Assembly (NCBI GenBank): GCA_963738115.1
Contig: CAVTVN010000020.1
Location: 9,591 to 73,590 of the forward strand
Origin: an uncultured Gammaproteobacteria bacterium
GTDB lineage: Bacteria; Pseudomonadota; Gammaproteobacteria; Xanthomonadales; Rhodanobacteraceae
Reading direction: 5' to 3'
Length of the DNA stretch: 64,000 nucleotides
This document shows, one piece after another, positions 59,821 to 64,000 of this stretch. Numbering within the stretch: position 1 is the stretch's first letter; every line of letters starts with the position of its first letter. The notes under the pieces were generated by a model that worked only from the letters and a program-made list of their open reading frames with translations, was not told the origin of the DNA and searched no databases. Both the position numbers and the translations under genes were made by a program.

Positions 59821-60843
59821 CTAGCTGCGAATCTGATCTGTATGGCGCGAGAACAAGCCCCGGAGCGCCGCCCACAGATAGTCGCCGTCATAGAAACGCG
59901 GCGTCATATAGCGAAGGAATGTGGTTGCTCGGACAGAGCGGCACGACTGGATTTTACGTCGCTTACGCAGCGCCCGCGGAAGTCCGAGGAGGGCATCGCG
60001 GTAGAGCCTTATTATCACCCGTCCCTTGCCGCGCAGACCGTGACGTAGTGCGATCGCGATATGCATCAACGCAATCAACGGACTGCAGAGCAACAGCACC
60101 GGCCATGGGACGCATTTGATGAGCATCCAGATCGAATTGCGAATGCCATGATAAAGGACAAAATCATTGAACCCTCCGCCGCTGCTTACCTGACCTTCGT
60201 GATGCGCGACGACGCCATCGAAATAGGCCGGACGGTAGCCGAGCAGCAACGCGCGCGCCGCGACATCCGTATCTTCCGCATAACAGAAGAAGTCGGAATC
60301 AAACATGTGTCCGTGCGCAGCCTGCAACGCCTCCAGGAGCTCGCGTCGATAAATAGCGCAACCCCCGGTGGGGCCGAAAAAGCGATCGCTCGTTATCATG
60401 CGATTCGATGCCAGGCACGAGGCATAGAACGCGATACCAAGCGAGTCGATTGCGCCGGAAGGCTTCGTCACGCGCCCGCCAGCCAAGCCAATTGAGTCGT
60501 CTGCCGCGAACAAACCCAGTAGCGACGCGGCACCTTCCGGCATGAGTTCCGCATCGCTGTTCAGAAATATCAAGGCGTCGCAATCCGGCGCCACCAGCGC
60601 AATGCGAATACCCACGTTGCTGCCTTCCGCAAAACCCAGGTTTGTTTCGAGCGGCACCAACTCCGCATCGGGAATCTGCGCGATGAAAGCAGCTATCTCG
60701 CTGCAGTCCTCGGTACGCGAGCCATTGTCGACCACGATTATGTGTCCCACTTCCGGGGCGGCGCGAAGGCTCCTTACGCTTGTTTGCGTGTTCGCCGCGG
60801 TGTTGTAATTGACCACCACCGCAGTAAGGCGCCTGGGAGTCAT
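59821..60843 (-). CDS. GT2 family glycosyltransferase
   Basis: VVVNYN, VVDNGS, NLGFAEGSN, FLNSDA, FFCYAEDTD. Confidence 0.92.
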   Translation of the reverse strand: MTPRRLTAVVVNYNTAANTQTSVRSLRAAPEVGHIIVVDNGSRTEDCSEIAAFIAQIPDAELVPLETNLGFAEGSNVGIRIALVAPDCDALIFLNSDAELMPEGAASLLGLFAADDSIGLAGGRVTKPSGAIDSLGIAFYASCLASNRMITSDRFFGPTGGCAIYRRELLEALQAAHGHMFDSDFFCYAEDTDVAARALLLGYRPAYFDGVVAHHEGQVSSGGGFNDFVLYHGIRNSIWMLIKCVPWPVLLLCSPLIALMHIAIALRHGLRGKGRVIIRLYRDALLGLPRALRKRRKIQSCRSVRATTFLRYMTPRFYDGDYLWAALRGLFSRHTDQIRS

Positions 60844-60903
60844 CTTTTCAACTCGCGAGAAAGACGCCGGCCTTCCGGCCCGGAACCGCGCGCTGGAATT
60901 GCA

Positions 60904-62073
60904 TCAGACTTTTGAAGTTGTCGCATCGACAATGGCATTCAGCACAGCGGGGCCGCAATAATTATTCACGGCATGCTCGCGTGCCGTTTGCCGCATGGCG
61001 TCGCATTGCTCAACTCGCGCCAGTGCCTCGTCAAGCACCACCCCCCACTCTATGCTCGAAGACAGCCAGCCGTTGGCACCATGGCTGATAGCAGCTGCAT
61101 AGGTCGACGACGGACTGGAGATTGTCAAAGTGCCTACCGCCGCAGCCTCGAAGTATTTGAGCTCGGACTTGCAATTCGTGAACACATTGTCGACCAGCGG
61201 CACGATATTGATCTCCACCAACGAGATCACGCGCTGCAGATTGACGAAATCGTGAAAAGGATAGATCTCAATGCGGCTTCGAAATTTCTCCAACGCAGGC
61301 GGCAACGAAAGGTAGCCGACAATCAGCAACCGCACCTGCTCGTACTGTTCCAGTAGTGCGGTCAACGCCGGCACTGCCATCTCGAAGTCCCGCTTGTGCG
61401 TTGGTGTGCCGCTGAAGTAACCAACATGGAACAACCCATTACGCTGGAAAGCGCGCCTGCGCTTCTCCTCATACAAGGTTTCAGAAAATCCCAGCTGCTG
61501 CCGATTCATGTAATTTGGGACGACGAACGCCGGCTTGTCGGTGAAATCGGAAATCTTCCTTGCCAACTGCGGATTGGTCGTGATGGCTGCGTCGCACATG
61601 CGCAGGGTAGTGCCGATGCGTGAGATATAGGCGAACCAATGATCCCAGACGCCAGGGTGTTCAAAGTCCTGCGCCAACGTGCCTAGTATCAGATGAGTCA
61701 GATCAGTGTCGAAGACGAGATCGTCGACGTCGTAGAGAATGGTCTTGCCCATCGATCGCGCAAGCGCAATGCTGCGACTCACGGTCGCCTCATAACGCAT
61801 ACGGCAGAGCACGACGGTGTCGGCCAGCTTCAACACCATCTCGAGCTTTTCGCCGTCACTCGGAAAGAAGTAGCCTGCCGACACACCGCTGGACGAATCA
61901 GCCAGCGTCTGCACCATGTTGTAGACCCGATAACGGAAGGTGCTGTTGTCGGCCTTTTCGTAGACATAGGCGACACGGTGCGAACCTGAGCGGAAGGCCG
62001 CGAAGCGTGTCCAGAAATCCTCTGTCCATGGATCGGCATAGTGATGAACCGAAGGCGTATCAACGAAGAACAT
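60904..62073 (-). CDS. Glycosyltransferase (WsaE-like domain)
   Basis: STFRYRVYN, YDVDDL, GYFSGTPTH, CKSELKYFEAA. ATG 62073 preferred over 62145 because the overlap is smaller. Confidence 0.8.
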   Translation of the reverse strand: MFFVDTPSVHHYADPWTEDFWTRFAAFRSGSHRVAYVYEKADNSTFRYRVYNMVQTLADSSSGVSAGYFFPSDGEKLEMVLKLADTVVLCRMRYEATVSRSIALARSMGKTILYDVDDLVFDTDLTHLILGTLAQDFEHPGVWDHWFAYISRIGTTLRMCDAAITTNPQLARKISDFTDKPAFVVPNYMNRQQLGFSETLYEEKRRRAFQRNGLFHVGYFSGTPTHKRDFEMAVPALTALLEQYEQVRLLIVGYLSLPPALEKFRSRIEIYPFHDFVNLQRVISLVEINIVPLVDNVFTNCKSELKYFEAAAVGTLTISSPSSTYAAAISHGANGWLSSSIEWGVVLDEALARVEQCDAMRQTAREHAVNNYCGPAVLNAIVDATTSKV

Positions 62074-63373
62074 CAGCTGGCGTTCCGGCAAAGCTACAGC
62101 GTTCGAATGCGTCGCTCCAGGAACGTCCGAGTCCGCTGGCGGCATAGTTTCGCTCGCGCTGCTCGGTGTCCAGCGTCAGCGCCAATGCCTGCCGCAGCCC
62201 TTCCAGGAGCGATTCGACGTCAAGATCAGCAACGATGATATTTTCCGAGTAATCCGACAGGTCGGTCTTGGACCCGAATCGATTGGTAAGCACTACGCCA
62301 CCGGAAGCGGCGAGGTCGAGAGGCGGATAACTCGGGTGTGGAGTAGCCATCAAGTAGACACCCAGATCTACAGTCTGAAGAAACGTCGCGTACTCGTCCC
62401 AAGCCATCGTCCCCAGCATGACCGGCTCACAACCGCACGCCAGCGTAAGGCGTGGAATATCCTTGCCGACAAACACAACGTCCCATTTGTCCGGATCCAA
62501 CAGGCCGCGTAGGAGAGCCTCGTTGAGCAGCTCGATGCCGCGATAGAACAGGTTGCGCAGATTGTTGGGGCGCGCATAAAAACACAGCTTGCGTTTTGCG
62601 CCCGTTTCCCGCGTCTTCGAATGGAAGACAGCATCCGGGAATGCGGGCTCGAACCAGGTAGCACACTGCGCGATGTTCTTCAGCCCGTCGGCAACCAGGA
62701 AATCATGCAATAGCCGCGTATTGATGAGAAAGCGAATGTCTGATCGGCTTATCGTCTCCTGGCAGCGCAGCCGGTCGTCGCCGTGCGGGTAAAACATCCG
62801 TTCGTCTTCCTGGAGCAGATAGGTTACACGTTCAGGCTCGATGCTTCGCAATGTCGAATATGTCACCCACCATGACGTCGTGATGAATTCGTCGAGATTG
62901 TGCACGTCGAGGAAGATGTCCGAGCCGCTGACTGGCACAAAAGTCAGGTCCGGGCTCACACGCAAGGCAATGCCGTTTGTCGACAGCACGCGATGTACGC
63001 CATTCGGATCGGGCGCTTCAGTGCGGGTAACAATGCGCAGCTTTGCGCCGATTGCATTGGCCCGCAGAGCAGCGAGGATCAGAGCGGTCGCGACTCCGCC
63101 AAACAGGCTGCCGACGTTGACGGAGTCCGTCACCATGTTGACGCGGCGCGCATCGTCCGGAACGCGGACTACTTGCAACGCCCGCAACTGATCGAAGCGG
63201 GCTTCGAGCAACGAACCTACAGTCGGCATGGCGCGCGCGTCGGCTACAGCGCGCACCAACGTCTCCGCCTTATGCTGTGCTGCCCCCGAAACCACGCGAA
63301 ATGCATGTCGAATCAGGGCACGCAACCCATGTTCACGGTAATACGCAGGGATATTCTTGATGGAAGATTGCAT
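62060..63373 (-). CDS. WsaF-like glycosyltransferase (rhamnosyltransferase family)
   Basis: LFGGVATA, TTSWW, YLLQEDERMFYP, FYARP...RNLF, MATPHPSYPPLDLAASG. Confidence 0.85.
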   Translation of the reverse strand: MQSSIKNIPAYYREHGLRALIRHAFRVVSGAAQHKAETLVRAVADARAMPTVGSLLEARFDQLRALQVVRVPDDARRVNMVTDSVNVGSLFGGVATALILAALRANAIGAKLRIVTRTEAPDPNGVHRVLSTNGIALRVSPDLTFVPVSGSDIFLDVHNLDEFITTSWWVTYSTLRSIEPERVTYLLQEDERMFYPHGDDRLRCQETISRSDIRFLINTRLLHDFLVADGLKNIAQCATWFEPAFPDAVFHSKTRETGAKRKLCFYARPNNLRNLFYRGIELLNEALLRGLLDPDKWDVVFVGKDIPRLTLACGCEPVMLGTMAWDEYATFLQTVDLGVYLMATPHPSYPPLDLAASGGVVLTNRFGSKTDLSDYSENIIVADLDVESLLEGLRQALALTLDTEQRERNYAASGLGRSWSDAFERCSFAGTPADVLR

Positions 63374-63375
63374 GT

Positions 63376-64000
63376 CTACTCGGGGTCAACGCCAATCTGC
63401 TTGTCACCTTGTTGCTTGTCGCTTAGTTGCGCGTCGAGCTCGCGACGAATTTTTACCGCTGCATCGAGCGCTCGGGTCCGCGAGCGGCGCGTCGACTCCA
63501 GTTCAGATTTGGCGGTGGACAACTTTCCTTCCAGTTGCTCAACCCGGCTGGAGAGATCGCGCCGATCCGATTCAACCGCTTTGCCGTGTTCGATCGCGCT
63601 CTTGAGCTCGGCCTCCAGCGCGGACAACCGTTCTTCAATGCCCCGTTTTTCCACCAGCTGCCCCAACAGATCCTGCCGCTCCGCATCAACCGAAGCCAAC
63701 TGTGCTTCAAGACGACGGCGCTCAGCGAGCGCGTCGGAGAACTCCCGACTATCGCCCAGCGATCGCAATACGTCCCCGCTTAGCCGCCCGTGTTCCTGCC
63801 GGAGCGCAGAAATCTGTTCCGTCATATACCCCTGGTCCTGTCGCAAGGCGGAAATCTGATCCCACTGCTCCTGCCGGAGCGCTGAAATCTGTTCCGCCGT
63901 ACGTCCCTGGTCCTGTCGGAGCGCGGAAATCTCCTCCCACTGCTCCTTTCGAAGCGCCGAGAGTTGTTCCTGCGCGCCTGAGATCACGCTTGCACAGCCA
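63376..64000 (-). CDS. C-terminal part of a coiled-coil protein (5' end off window)
   Basis: Frame remains open beyond 63987 to the edge; SALR repeats then heptad-like helix; stop 2 nt before the wsaF-like ATG. Confidence 0.8.
   Translation of the reverse strand, partial: GCASVISGAQEQLSALRKEQWEEISALRQDQGRTAEQISALRQEQWDQISALRQDQGYMTEQISALRQEHGRLSGDVLRSLGDSREFSDALAERRRLEAQLASVDAERQDLLGQLVEKRGIEERLSALEAELKSAIEHGKAVESDRRDLSSRVEQLEGKLSTAKSELESTRRSRTRALDAAVKIRRELDAQLSDKQQGDKQIGVDPE
63787..63969 (-). repeat. Intragenic tandem repeat, 75-bp (25-aa) unit made of 11+14-aa subunits
   Basis: EQLSALRKEQW / EEISALRQDQGRTA / EQISALRQEQW / DQISALRQDQGYMT / EQISALRQEHG. Confidence 0.9.

Noticed and set aside
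1-64000. tRNA, rRNA, integrase, transposase, prophage or recognisable defence genes
   Set aside because: None recognised by eye; a covariance-model and HMM scan would be needed to exclude small RNAs.

Overview
GC-rich chromosomal window. Gene content and order (valS, rimI, pssA, DUF4124, proS, thrE, alkB, ETF-QO, etfBA, then a glycan locus) suggest a Xanthomonadales bacterium, perhaps Rhodanobacteraceae; this taxonomy is inference. Layout: (1) 1-8332, a tandem array of at least five paralogous 3-TM/TolB_N-like/TPR proteins with no output domain. (2) valS. (3) 11937-19359, a minus-strand run pssA - GAF/PP2C/RsbW-type kinase fusion - STAS - MlaE/MlaF/MlaD/lipoprotein - holD-like - rimI. (4) Two damaged DUF4124 genes, a TonB receptor, two paralogous secreted 'PYYTV' proteins and proS. 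(5) Housekeeping and accessory genes to etfBA and acetoacetyl-CoA synthetase. (6) 43348-64000, a surface-glycan locus with a UbiA/DprE1/DprE2-like polyprenyl-phospho-arabinose pathway, a GDP-heptose pathway, a GT2/GtrA/GT-C trio, WsaE/WsaF-like transferases and a repeat coiled coil. Intergenic DNA carries several palindromic elements: inverted arrays of 7-, 9- and 10-mers, an IS5-like MITE, and an array of GGA-loop hairpins resembling CsrA/RsmA sites. No rRNA, tRNA, CRISPR array or transposase was seen. Several single-base lesions could be assembly errors. All calls come from reading motifs by eye; no searches were run.
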